A stretch of 48,781 nucleotides of DNA, filler included, from Jimgerdemannia flammicorona (GCA_003990765.1; 2 parts of 2 records of this genome joined end to end with filler, not necessarily neighbours in it), one strand, 5' to 3'. Shown: positions 11,568-24,443, counted from the whole stretch's first letter. Numbers and translations: made by a program. The notes: generated by a model not told the origin, from the letters alone.

Positions 11568-12851
11568 TTGATTCCCCACTTCCCCAGATACTTGATCCCC
11601 ATTCTGCCGGATCATCTGGGCTTACCAAAATCGCTTGTTGTTCTTCTTCGGATGGTACTCCTCCGGTTCCTTGGATCAGGAGATTCCAGTAGAGCTCTTG
11701 TTCTCCGATTAGTTTTCTTAGGATTGGGATATCGTGAGCTGCTATCCTTGTGATCATGCTTGCCGTTAGTCCTTTGACTTGACTGATGAATTCTTCTCCC
11801 ATTCCTTCCAGGAGTCGGTGGCATGACTTGATTTTGGCCTTGATCCAATCCTTCTGCGTTTTGGTCATCTTTTCTTTCTTGACTTCCTCGATTTGTCTGG
11901 AGACCTTCTTCATGATTTCCTTCATTGCGAACATTCCGGCGCTTTCTTCGTTTTCCCCGTTACTCTGGAAGTCCGTTTTCTTGTTTTGCCAGATCTTTCC
12001 TAGTTCCAAGAAGCATTTGATTGCGCTGACGCTTGTTTCGTCTGCTCTTTTTTCGAAGTTTAGTGCCCTCATTACTAGGTAGGCTTCTTGATCAGCAAAT
12101 TCTCCGTTTGCTAGGTCTTGCGTCGTGATTTCTAACCATCCTGCGGCGTGCCATACTCGGATATTTTTGAAGCAGTTCAGGACTCTTACTGCACTTGTTC
12201 CTAGCTTTGCTTCTGTGGCCAGTAGTTCCTCCATGCTCGGTAGTTCTTCTACCATATTCCCTATGGTTACCGGTGTTTCTTGGATTTCTACCGGCTGCGG
12301 TTGCAGTTGCTCTTCAATTTCCTCGTTTGTCCAGATTCTTACTTCAGGGATTTCTTCCGGTTCTTCCTCGCTGTCGATATCTGCATCGCTAGCGACCGGT
12401 TGTGCTCGTAGGTTTCTTGAGATCCTTCTTGCTCTGGTTCTTCGTGCTCCGACTGCTCGTCGTATTTCCCTTAGCTCGTTGACTTGGTTTTGGAGATTTT
12501 GCGCCAGTTCCGCATCTTCCCTTGCTTCTCTTTCCAAGTCGTTGTAGCTGTTTTGAATCATTACTGCGTTCCATTCCAACGTTTTGATTCTTGCTTCCAT
12601 GTGGGCTAACATCGCTTCCTTGGGTATCTCCATTACCGGTTCGTAGCAGTATAGGCATACTCCTCCGATGGTTTCCTCGATCGGGAGTCGGATGCTATTG
12701 TGTTCTTCTTCCCCGATTTTGCGTTTCTTGTGATTTGCATATATCATACCTAGGCACCTGGTATGGATACTTTTGTCGCAATGTGGGCAGTTGAAGAGTG
12801 AGTCTTCCGGTAGCTTTCCTTCCAGGCAGGCTACGCAGTTATCTGGTTCCA
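11563..12851 (-). CDS. C-terminal 429 aa of element ORF2: PHD-type (C4HC3) zinc finger, coiled coil, acidic linker and helical domain
   Basis: CVAC-x12-CPHC-x4-H-x2-C-x32-CLYC. No ATG remains at this end (TTG at 12852 arises from the flank). The frame is continuous with 4206->3715 on circularisation. Confidence 0.85.
12810..12851 (+). repeat. 42-bp terminal direct repeat, right copy
   Basis: Identical to 3672-3713. Confidence 0.97.
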
Positions 12852-15800
12852 ATGATAATACTATAATACTAGTAGTACAGAAGACCTGATTGCAAACTAT
12901 CTACTATATAGATAAAATCAAGCAGATCCTGAAGGATTAACTCAATAATATCTATCAAGAAATGAATAAAGACCCAAATATCTTTTATATCTGAATCTAC
13001 TATTAGATAATTTTGACTAATTATACTAATGTTATCAAAAATCAAGTAACTAAAACAATCTTTATAAAAGGAATTCATCTAGAGATAGTTATGGTAATTT
13101 AATCAATACTAATAGTTCTAAACTTAATATAGAAGGTAACTTATGCTCAGTGATATTAGATAGTCAGATATCCTCAAGACTATATAATAGAGAGAGTTAC
13201 AAAAGTCAGAATTGAAGTATTTAAAGTAACTAGTATAATTTCTACAACTATAATCAATTAAAATACATCTTAACTAAAGACTACAGAGTAATAGAGAAAT
13301 AGTGATCCTATAGAGAAACTTGTTAAGAAGTTTGCTAAAATAACTACTTATCTGAGAAATATAATAAAGGAAATCAGAAAAAGAGATTGTTGTCCAGTTC
13401 AGAAGTTTGCTACTACTATAGACAAGAAGAGAGAAATCTACTATATATATAGAGAAGAAGGTCACTACTCTTATAAAAATATAAGTGAGACTAAGTGTAA
13501 GGTCCAGCTAAGTAATACTATATATCAGAAATTGTAAATAGATCAATACTATTACTTTTAAAGAGATTGGAGATTCAAAAAAAGAAGAAAAATAGAAAGC
13601 TTATTCAGCCCTCATCTTTAAAAAGAATGTCTACCAGAAACCCTATAAGAGGCCACCAGGAAGATCTAAGAAGAAAGTAGTAGAACAGTCTGTGAAAAAA
13701 TAAATAGAAGTATCTATAAAAATTAAAATCATAGCTGAGAAAATAGATCAAGATATAGAGCTTAAATAAGCAGTTAAAGATCATCTAAGGCAATACTTCT
13801 ATCAGTAAAGAGAAAAAGAAGAAAAAGCTACAAAAGAGTAAAATCTTTAAGTATAATATCTTCAAGGATTTTAGCTAGTAAAAAGTCAATATAATCTTTA
13901 AATAGTTAGTAGAAATTTCTATCTTCAGATAATAAAAGAGACTGAGACTTACAGAAACAGTTAAGAATCAAGAGTAGAAGATAGTTGAGACTAATAATAT
14001 ATAGAATAATTCAGATAAAGAAAGTGAAAAAAATAACTACAAGATCTCTATCTATCTATCTATCAGATTGAAGATAGGATCTTTGAAGCTATCATTGATA
14101 TAAGAGCAGAAGAATGCTTTCTCAGTAAAAAAGCTATAGATTGTCTAGATTGGAAAATTGAAGCTATGAAATTAGTATTCATTACAGTAGATGATACAAG
14201 AGCTACCTCTCTAAGAAAGATTCGGGATATCTCTATTAAGTTTAAAGGAGCAATTATTCTAGTAAATATGATTATTATAAATACTATTAATTATAACATC
14301 CTCATTGATAATCAGTAGCTTCATAATGCTAAGATTATAATTGACATAAACTCCCAGAAGATACAGATTATCTATTAAGGACAAAAGATGTAAATTCTCA
14401 TCAATATCAATAAAGAAGTACTCTCTGAAATAGAGAAAGAAGACAGTAAGCAAGAAGAAGCCTATATGATAACTACTTAAAAGAAAAAGAAGAAGATTGG
14501 ATAGATTAGTAAAAAAGATTGATTACTAAAGAATATACTCTATTAGGAGTATATCTTTATAAAATTCAAATATACTATATGAAGTATATAGATGAGTACT
14601 ATTAATATATTACTAAGATCTATAAGATTCTTTATAAGAAGAAGAAAAGAAGACAGAAGTAGTAAGAAAAGGAAGATCAGAAGAATGAACTACCAGCCCT
14701 CCTAGAGGATAGTGATAATAAAGAATAAATCAAGATCAAGATTTATTTCTATATAGTTCTATTAGAATATAAGTCAGAAAATATAGGAATAGATATTACT
14801 ATTCCCAAGAACTATATTGAAATACTCAAGATAAGAAATAGCCTAGCTAAAAGGAAATTTTTTATTAAAGGAGAAGTTATTAATTCTGATTATATTAGAG
14901 AAATCTTACTTATTACTAGAAACCACAACTCTACAATTCTATTTACAGTTAAGAAGAAAGACTGATTTATATAAATGCTGATTTTTTTAATACTATAACT
15001 CAGGATTTTGGAAGTCAAGAAGCTGGAGGAAATGGAAAGAGAAAGGAGAGGATTTGGATCTACAAAAAGAGAAGTTTTTGACAGTACTAAAATTACTAAA
15101 TTAGATCACAAAAAGGATAAAATCACAGTCAAGTATAGCTATACTATTAGAAATAAATTTCTATTCAAAAAAAAACTCAAGAAGTTACTATATGAATTTG
15201 AGAATATTCTTGCTACTGATTTTAAGAATATCAAAGAAAAGACACCATACTATTATTATGATATAGATATAGAAGATACTGAGCCAATCTATCAAAGAAT
15301 AAGACCAATTCTACTAGTATATTATAAATAGCTCAGAGGAAATCAAGCAGATAGAAGAAGCTAATATCATTAAGGAGACTATTAGTTCTTAGTTATTACT
15401 AATCATACTAGTTTCAAAAAAAGAAAGCAAGCTAGGAGAATTTACTTCAAAGCTCTATACAGACTATAGAAAACTGAATGAAGTTATTAAGAAGAATTAC
15501 TAATTACTATCTCTTATTAGTGATATTCTAGTGATATTAAAAGATAAAGCATAATATTACACCATCTTAGATTTATACTCAGGATTCTATCAAATTAGCC
15601 TTATTAGAGAAGTTAGCAAAAAGCAGCCTTCATTATCTCAGATAGAACTTATGTCTATTTATGAATACTATTTAGAATATATAATTCCCAGTAAGTTTCT
15701 AGAGAATAATAAACAAGATTATCTATAATAAGATAACTAAGAAATATCTAAACTATATTTATTGAATCCTACAGAAACTAAAAGATCATGATCTGTTCAT

Positions 15801-18300
15801 CAAGCCAAAAAAGTATAAGTTCAGCAAAATTGAGATCTTCTACCTTGAGCATATCATTAATTAAAATAGAACTCACACAGACCATATTAAGATTCAAGTA
15901 GTTGAAGTCTCTCTAAGACTTACTATAGTTATTAAAACTCAAGCCTTTATAGGACTTACTACTTATTATATATAGAAGATTTATTAAAGAGTTCTGGTCT
16001 CATTTATGAATTATTCAAGAAAGATACTAAGTTCTAATAGACTGATAGATAATAATAAGTATTTAAATATCTCATGGTTTATTTGACTCAGATACTCATC
16101 TTAAGAAGATCTGACTGGTCTTAAGAATTTATTCTATAGACAGATACAAGCTCAATTAGACTAGAAGTTATTTTTATAAAAAAAAAAAATAAGATCAAAT
16201 ATATGATTATATATCTCAGCTAAAGAACTCATAGAGAAGAAAGAGAATATAAATTCTACAAGCTAAAGTATCTCACAATTATCTAGACTATAAAAAATTT
16301 TCACTACTATCTTACTAGAAGATACTTCACTATTCTAACTAATTACCCAGCTCTTATCTAGTTATTGACCACTAGTCAACTTAAAGAAATATTTATCAAA
16401 TAGATTATAAAACTATAAGCCTATAATGCAACTGTCATATATTACTTAGGAAGAAATAATATTAATATAGATATACTCTCACAGATATTCTAAAATGAAT
16501 AAGAAATTTTACTATAGAATTATTATCTATTTTTTTTTTTTTTCTTTTAAAGTCACTTGGACTTCCATTTATTACTACTCAATCTATAAATAATACAACA
16601 TATATACCCACAATCCCTCAGCCAATGCCCCTCAGATCCCTCTCTCTACTTGTTATTTTTTTCTGCTGAAGGATAATTCAGTCACCTACCACCTGAACTC
16701 TCCTGCCACTCTTCTTACAAATACAATTTACTAGATTCTGATGGCCCCCCCTATCTGGTCCCCACCCTCTCCACTATCCATTCAAAATGTCTAGTATTAA
16801 CCATTCTCAATGTGCTATCTTAGCTTCAATTGCAATCTGCCAGCCCTTTTCAAAGACATAAAGTCAATGACTGACCATCTCTATCCAAATTGCCAGGGTC
16901 TATCCTAAGGTCAATCATTTATCTCCCACTCTACCCACTAATCTTTGCCTGAGGTCTTCCCATCTCCCTCCTTCCCCACCCATAGAATTATCATCTATCT
17001 GAGACAGTAAATGATCTGAAAGAATGAATATAAACAATTATTAATAGAAGCTGAAAATAATTTGAAACTGATAGAGAAATACTAAAGAAAGAAAAACTAC
17101 TAGTTATATCAAAGTATAAGAAGAAATAAGTAATGAAATTAGTATATAAACTTGGCTATCTAAGAGGAATAAATATCTATAATAAAACAAGAAGAATAAT
17201 GTGATGGTCTAAAATAGAAGAAGATATCAAATAATTTATCAAGATCTATAATAAATATTAGAAACAGAAGTAAGATTAGTGAAACCAGATACCAGAATTA
17301 GTAGATATAGAATCAGTACTATTTGATCACATTATAATAGATATAATTAGCCTACTACTCTTAATATTGACTAGTAACTAATATATTATTATCATTATAG
17401 ACCTCTTTATGAAATAAATAGAAGTAAGATCTCTCAAAGAAGTCAATATACAGTTAATTGCTAATTTTGTTTATAGAGAAATCATCTGTCAATTTAAGAC
17501 TCCAAAGTAAGTAACAATAGATAGAAGAATAGAATTTATAAACTAGCTCTTTGAAGTTTTATATGAGAAGTATAAGATTTAGTATATTTAAACTACAGCC
17601 TATTATTTACAGAGAAATGAACAGACTAAAAGAACTAATAAGATACTTAAAAATATTATTACTAAGATCTGTAATAACTATAAAAATTAGGACTATTATC
17701 TATCAATAGTATTATCTACTCTTTAGGATATATAATTATAAAGTATCTATTTTATCTCTTAAAAATTGTTATTTAGAGAAAAAAGTTCTAAAAAAACTCT
17801 ACTATCTAATAGAGATACAATATAGAAATATTTAGATACTGAGATATAGAGATTGTACCAATAAGAAAGAGGGCTAATGATTATATAATCAAGCAATAGA
17901 ATAATATATAGAAAATATATAAGTTTCTAGAGATTATCAAGATAAGAGATAAAGTTTTAATATATTAGAGTATACATAGTAGAAGCTTTATAGTCATAAA
18001 AACTAAAGCTCAATTAAGAAAGATCTCATATTATACAAAATATAAAAGAAACTACTTTTAACTATGAAAACTAATAGGTACAATTATCCTCACTACTATT
18101 TACTAAAACTGACTTAAGAAGTACTATAGCTAATCAATAAAGTACTGCTCTAGCCCTCAAGATTATAAGTATTACTTAGTAAACTATAAAAAGACAATAA
18201 TATTCTACTAAGCTATCAGTTATAGAGGAATTCTTTAAAATATCAAAGTATTATATAGACTCATCTATTATGAACTTTATACTTTAGAGTCTACTAATAT
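12852..18300 (+). mobile_element. Degenerate Ty3/gypsy relic A (gag-PR-dUTPase-RT-RNaseH-integrase)
   Basis: Transition-decayed motifs. PR: AIIDIRAEECFLS (~14090). dUTPase: GEVINSDY..RGFGST (14870-15063). RT: LDLYSGFYQI (~15570). RNase H: TDTSS (~16140). Integrase: IDLFMK*IE, TIDRRIEF, TAYYLQRNEQTKRTN (17400-17650). The end coordinate is approximate. Confidence 0.85.
16531..16981 (-). mobile_element. 5'-truncated LINE 3' end with poly(A) and 17-bp TSD, nested in relic A
   Basis: Poly-T followed by AGTCACTTGGACTTCCATTTATTAC, resembling AGTCGCTTGGACTGCCCTTTATTAC at ~24137. Flanked by ATAGAATTATTATCTAT (16514-16530) and ATAGAATTATCATCTAT (16982-16998). Confidence 0.85.
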
Positions 18301-18835
18301 TATACTAAGTTTTATGAGTACTTTAAGTTGAGAAAATTACTAAATAAAAAAAATATAATCAAAAAAGAATAGATTATAGAGTACTAGATATCCTATATTT
18401 AGATCACTATAGTCAAGCAGATCTATAAACTATTTAAGAATAACTATAACAGTTCTAGTTTCTTTAAGAGAAAGTAGCTAAATCTAAAAGTTCTAGTTGG
18501 CCTAAAGTAGCTTGAAAAGATACTTAAAGGATTTCTGGGAGAAAATATTCTTTGCTTTATTTAGACAAAGAAGAGAAATGCCAAGAAATAGGTTCTCAGC
18601 AAAGCTGACTAATACTATTCTACAATGTTCTGAAAGGTTCCATGATTAGCTAAGATAAGATACTTAGTACTAAAAAAAGACAAAAATATTTTAGTAGTGT
18701 CTGGGTACCAAGAGAAGGTTTTTAAGCAAGTAGAGAGTAGCAGAACATAGTAGAATATTCAAGAAATGATAAGAAAAAACTAACTAAAAGATGCAAAAAT
18801 GTACTAAGACTAAATATGATTGTGAAATTATTACA

Positions 18836-21800
18836 TCTCTCTCTCTTTAAGAACCAATGTCCTTATTGAGTTCTTAGGTAGCATAAGACTAGATATACTT
18901 AACCAAAATTTCTCAAACTTGTATTAGTATATTGGTGGGAATTGGCCATCCTTGTATAGGACAGAGGGCCTATTATCAGACTAATCAACTGGAAGTAGTT
19001 TGAACTCAGCTAGTAGCTTCATTTTAGTAGACTTCTTATTCATTAAATATTCTGCTAGTTCCAGGGTCTCAAAGTAAACTTCCAATATATAAGGCATTGA
19101 TCATTACTATAGATTGTCAATAATCTAAGGAAGTCACTACAGAGATTGGGTAATGTATTTTGCCTTAAAGTCTTAAACTAGATCTTGAGAGTTCTTGAGG
19201 TTGACCAGTGGTTCCCAGGTAGTATTATATTTAGGGTAACCCATCTACTTGACTAGGTATTCAGGACAGTGGTAGCAGATTTATTTGTCAAGAATTTTCT
19301 CAGCTTCATACTCAATATGATCTTCAATAATCACAGAGATAGAGGGCTTAGAAATTTGACTAAGGTAGGGCAGTAACTAGTTCCAGGTCTTGAGATGTGA
19401 TATATAAAAGACCAGGTATACTCTCATGGTTTCAGATAGCTTAAGACAGTAGAAGAATGCAGAGACTTATTCAGTAATATTGAAAGGTCTAATATACTTA
19501 GATTGAAACTTGTTCAAAAGATGGTTGACTTGAGATTGTATCTTGAGGTTCTCAGTAGACAGTAGGACTTGATCTCTAATAATGTAAGTGACATTACAGT
19601 GATTCTTATTAATATACTTAACTTGATGCTATTGAGCCTTCTGAAGATTTATGGTAGCAATCTTGAGTAGTTTGTCTATTTTATCTGTAAAGTTCTTAGT
19701 GGTTGAGACTTATATTTGACTGCTTTTCTTGAAAGAGAATAGACTTATAGGGGTCTTGGAATCTTGACCATAGAGTAATTGGAAAGGGAAAGACCAGTAG
19801 ATAATTAGATAGTATTGTTGTATATAAACTTCACATAAATCAGGTAGTAGTTCCAATTATCTTGCTCATAAGAAATATAGTTTCTAAGCATTTATTCTAG
19901 AGTTCTGTTCATGTGCTCAGTTTGTCCATCAGTTTGTGGGTGAAAGGTGATAGACATAGCCAATTGGGTTCCCAGAGTCTTGAAGAGAGTTTGTCAGAAG
20001 TAACTGGTGAACTTGAGGTCATAATTGCTGACAATTACTCATGATAGGCCATAGTGATAGAAGATGGACTTAAAGAAGATTCTTGCAATCTCAGATGTAG
20101 TAGCATTGGTAGTAGTTGATTCAGTAACCATAGTCTTGGTCAGGTGGTCAATGAATATGATGATAGCATTAGTATCAGATTGAGTTTGTAGTAGTTGAGT
20201 TATAAAGTCTATGGTAACTTGCTCAAATTTTTTAAGAGGAATTGATAGTAGTTATAGTAAACTAGCTAGTGCTTAGATGGTAGACTTGTTATGCTGACAT
20301 AGATCATAGCTGGCAATATAGTTCTTGATTTCCTTGACCATACTTAGCCAATAGTAGTGATATTGAATGTTCTTAATAGTCTTCTTAATTTCCAGATAAC
20401 TGGTAAGAGGGAAGTCATAGTGTTCTTATAAAACCTTGTAGTATAGATTTATATTTTCAGATAGATAAACTTGATCTTGATGATAGATCAGATTGTTCTC
20501 AACAGTATATATCCTTGAGCTTTGTTCAAGAAAACTCTAGTGGTAACTATGTTTTCTTTATAAGCTTGTCTGATTTGGTCTAAGAATTCTGATGCCAAGG
20601 TAACCTGTATGATTGTGGTGAGGTCTAGGCATCTTGATAAGACATTTGGTATAATAAGTATCTTGCTAGGCTTGTAGATGATTGTTGGGTTGAAGGTTTG
20701 AAGCTTGAGACTCTACTTGGCTTATAGATGTGATAGAGTAGGTTGGGTGTTAATATACTTAAGAGATTGATGATCAGTGATAACATCAAACTCAATATCT
20801 TCTAAATAGCATTACTAGTAGTCTAGTGTATGTATTATTTCCAGTAGTTTCTTCTCATAAGTGGCTAGCTTTTATTTAGCTAGGGTCAACTTGTGGGACT
20901 CAAAAGCAATAGGATGATGTTTTTTGCCATCACTTTGTGATAGGACTGCTCCAATGGCAAAATTCAATACATCAGTAGTGACTATAAATTTTAAGCCTTA
21001 ATCTGCATTATACAGAACTAGAGTATAGATCAGACAGTTTTTGAGTTCTTGAAAGGCTTGTTGACAGAAGAGGTCCCAGGTATAGAATACATAGTAGTCT
21101 GAGTGTAGGTTCTTCCTTATGAGGTTAGTCAGTGGCTTAATAATGCCAGAGAAGTTTCTGATAAAGTAGCAGTAGTAGTCAGCTAGACCAAGGAAGGATC
21201 AGAGTTCTGTGAGATTTGACAGAATAAGCTATTCTTTAATTGCTTCTATCTTGTATGAATCTACTTGAATTCCTTGTCCAGAGACAATATAGCCAAGGTA
21301 TTCAACTTGTTTCTTGAAGAATTCACACTTCTTGAGCTTAGTATAAAGCTTGTGTTTTCACAGGATCTCCAGGACTATTCAAATGTATTTGAGATATTCT
21401 TTTTTAGTTGCACTAAAGATCCGGATATCATCAAGATATACCAACAGAAAAATAAATAATTGGTCCTTGAATATCTTATTCATCAGAGTCTGAAATATGG
21501 CAGATGTATTGGTGAGATCAAATACTAAGACCAGGAATTCATAGAGTCCAAAGGGGATTATAAATGCAGTCTTGGGAATGTCTTCTGGCTTGATTCAAAT
21601 TTGGTGATATCCTGACATAAGATCTAACTTAGTGAAGTACTTGGCATTCTTATGAGTATCAAAGATTTGATCAATTAAGAGTAGTGAATAGCAGTTCTTA
21701 ACAATGAGTTTATTGAGTACATAGTAGTATATATATATTTGCAAGATGCTATCCTTCTTCTTGATAAATAAGACTGGTGAGCCATAAGGAGATTTGCTTG

Positions 21801-21990
21801 GCTGAATGGCTCCTCATATAAGTAGTTCTTCTAGTTCTTTCTTGACTACTTCAATTTTAAGTAGTGATATGTAGTACATATGTTTCTTAGGTAGTACAGC
21901 TCCTGGAGTCAGTTTGATTTTATGATCAACTTCTCATATAGGTGGTAGATCAGGTAGCTTGTCTAGAAAGACATCCTTGAATTCTTCTAT
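18836..21990 (-). mobile_element. Degenerate chromovirus (Ty3/gypsy) pol: RT-RNaseH-integrase-chromodomain, 5'-truncated
   Basis: SPYGSPVLFIKKKD (~21780), LVYLDDI (~21430), FHPQTDGQTE (~19930), chromodomain EYEAEKILDK..EYLVK*MGYP..TWEP..NL (19200-19315). PPT-like AAAGAGAGAGAGA followed by TGTAAT at 18835. Confidence 0.9.
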
Positions 21991-22029
21991 AGTGTACAGT
22001 ACCTTAAATCAACCATATGTTATACAAAA

Positions 22030-24070
22030 CTGTAAGTCTGAAATCTGGATCATATGTTTATTCAAATATTGATAATAGCACCAGTAGGTATCCTCCTATG
22101 TGATTTATATTTCTTCACTGCAAACTCTGCTGCTCTTAGCTTGAGGCCACTGTGGTACACACTTATATAATATTGTACTCATCAAGTAAACTGCTGAATT
22201 GTCATTAGATTGATCGATGTAAGTACCTCTAGGATAGTATACTTTAGACCATCTTACATATAGTTATAATTGACTCGACAATAGCACTTAGCTGTACCCT
22301 AGAAGTACTTGATGTAGTTGAGTTCACAATGAAACTTTGGGTGAAAGATGCAGTAGTGGCTAGCAGCCTCAATTATTTCTGCAATCAGTGATTTTTAAGT
22401 AAAGAAGTCTGGTTGAAGTGATAGAATCCTCTCTGTATAACAAGCTATAGTATCTGCCTCATATCCTATATTGTACTAAGTAAGTAGCTTGTTGGATTTC
22501 AGTCAGAGTCCTCACTCAATTAATATCTACTTCATTTCTTTCATCTTACTGTACAGTACCTCATTACAATAGTTATCTGAAAAGACTATTGATTGTTTCA
22601 GCCCATTGAAGAAGCCAGGTCACATAAGTGGCTGCTTGCCACTAGGGCCAAGGTTCATCTTATGTACCAAAAGTGCATCAAAAGTAAAGGCTGAATGATC
22701 AGAACTATTATCAAAGGTGAAAATAGCAACACATCTAGAGTGGATAGTATTGAATATGGGAATGGCTCTTTCCCTAAGCTGTCCATTGTGGTAGGTCATA
22801 TTAGACACTTGAAGTAGTATAAGTATATATATTCCTATTTACTTACCTGCTTCACAAGGTGCTCTCCAGTCCAATATCTATCATTATTCTTTCCATACTC
22901 AAATAATTGACATGCTTTGTGGGGAAAGATAGCTGTTATTTGTGAATATTCTTCTTTGGGGACAGCAAGGCAACCAACTGTATCAAGGAGGAAGTCGCTA
23001 ACCATAAGGCCATAACCACAATCCTTCTTCCTTAGAGGTTATTCACTCTTTGGTCCCCATTCTACATTTATGTCATCATTTGTCTAAAATGTCAATTCAT
23101 CATGCATTACTAATATATACCTCATCTGAGTATCATTAGCAAGATTATCATTAGGCAGAGGCATCAAAGTCTCATCATTGTATTCAACTATTGATAATTC
23201 CAAATCTAATATCTTCTGCAGAAACTGGGTACAATATGCCACAACATCTTCATGCTCATGTCCATCAGTATAAATACCTTTCTTTTATAAGCCATAAGTC
23301 CATCTCATTTTCTTCATCCACTTTGCAACAGTCTCCTCTTGGATTGCTATCAGTTTTATTGCTAGAGCAAGGGAAGAGAATACCTCCTTTTCTAAGTGTT
23401 CTTTGAGCTTTGCAGGAGTCACCATAAACTTATACATTCTGAGGTAAGAGCCAATGGCAAGTTCTATGTCCTTATCTTCCAGAAGACTCTTCACCTTAAC
23501 ATGATGATCTTTCTTGAAATGTGGGATAAAGTGATATATAATCTAAAGGTATATCTATGCTCAGATTACTCTAGCAAAATACAGCCCTCAGTTGTTCACT
23601 TTTGCAATCAGGTTGCTTGATTCTGTGGCCTTCCACCTGTTCTGTTATAGGGTTATGTATGCACTCATCTGCTGAAGATAAAAACAAGTATATTTTGAGA
23701 GATTTTTATTGTTCTTAATAACTCATTCTAATGTAGTGATTTTGGTTTCCCAATTGATCTCTCCCTTGACTTCTATATCTTCTTCTCCACTATTGGTATA
23801 GGTTGGCTGTGAAGGTACTGAAAACCACTTCATAATATATAGTGTTGACATGGTAGCTTTTACAAGATTATGGGCTATATACTTCTTATAGAAATAATTC
23901 CTCTCTGAGTCTCCTTTCATCACAAATATTTGTAATTCTGCTTTGCTCTTCTTCCAGTCACATTTGGCTATAGCATGCATTATTATCTCCTGAGCAGATA
24001 AGACTTTCTCATCACCTTCATTACTACTCTGAGAGTTGTCATGACAATTATCATTAGAGTCGAAAACCAA
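22030..24070 (-). mobile_element. Degenerate IS630/Tc1-like DDE transposase relic of the common fungal type
   Basis: HDELTF*TND (~23090), FDNSSDH..DAL..MNLGPSGKQ (22620-22720), QPDF (~22410), FHPKFHCELN (~22330). Many stops. Confidence 0.75.
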
Positions 24071-24092
24071 AATTTTATCATCTCTAGTATCT

Positions 24093-24137
<45 letters not shown>

Positions 24138-24343
24138 GTCGCTTGGACTGCCCTTTATTACCGATCTATTCTATATAGTTACAATGATCCCACCCCCTAT
24201 CCAATCCCCCTAGGGGGTCCCTCCCCCCCTACCCCTTCCCTGTTAAAGACCACTCTGTCGAACACTATCCCCACCCTCCCACCACTCTGCTCACAGATCT
24301 TCAACACTAAACCTCGACGTCGTCCTCCCTGAGGTCCCCAACC

Positions 24344-24443
24344 NNNNNNNNNNNNNNNNNNNNNNNNNNNNNNNNNNNNNNNNNNNNTTAATTAATTAAN
24401 NNNNNNNNNNNNNNNNNNNNNNNNNNNNNNNNNNNNNNNNNNN
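24344..24443. other. Artificial 100-nt gap spacer (N44-TTAATTAATTAA-N44)
   Basis: A six-frame stop linker centred in Ns. Confidence 0.95.

Larger units (their letters stand above)
3672..12851 (-). mobile_element. Circularly permuted, integrase-less retroelement (pararetrovirus-like genome or integrated 1-LTR circle), 9138-bp unit
   Basis: Perfect 42-bp terminal direct repeat inside an ORF. Gag-PR-RT-RNaseH with no integrase. One internal LTR-like region. Intact CpGs and sharp composition boundaries against decayed flanks. Confidence 0.85.

Noticed and set aside
4053..12794. Many plus-strand ORFs over the retroelement, and similarly over the LINE (e.g. 29057..30094)
   Set aside because: These are antisense shadows of strand-biased coding sequence (S/F/L- or P/S/T-rich) with no motifs.
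3672..12851. DIRS/Ngaro tyrosine-recombinase retrotransposon interpretation
   Set aside because: No R-H-x-x-R-Y recombinase ORF, no ITR/ICR or split-repeat layout, and an aspartic protease is present, which DIRS elements lack.
3671..12851. The 42-bp repeats as tiny TG...CA LTRs
   Set aside because: The repeats are coding, the right copy starts GG rather than TG, no matching 4-6-bp TSD lies outside TG/CA, and the PPT, TATA and poly(A) signals lie elsewhere (11279-11585).
24388..24399. Palindromic TTAATTAATTAA island within Ns
   Set aside because: It is a six-frame stop linker placed in a 100-nt gap, so it is technical. Contiguity across the gap is not guaranteed.
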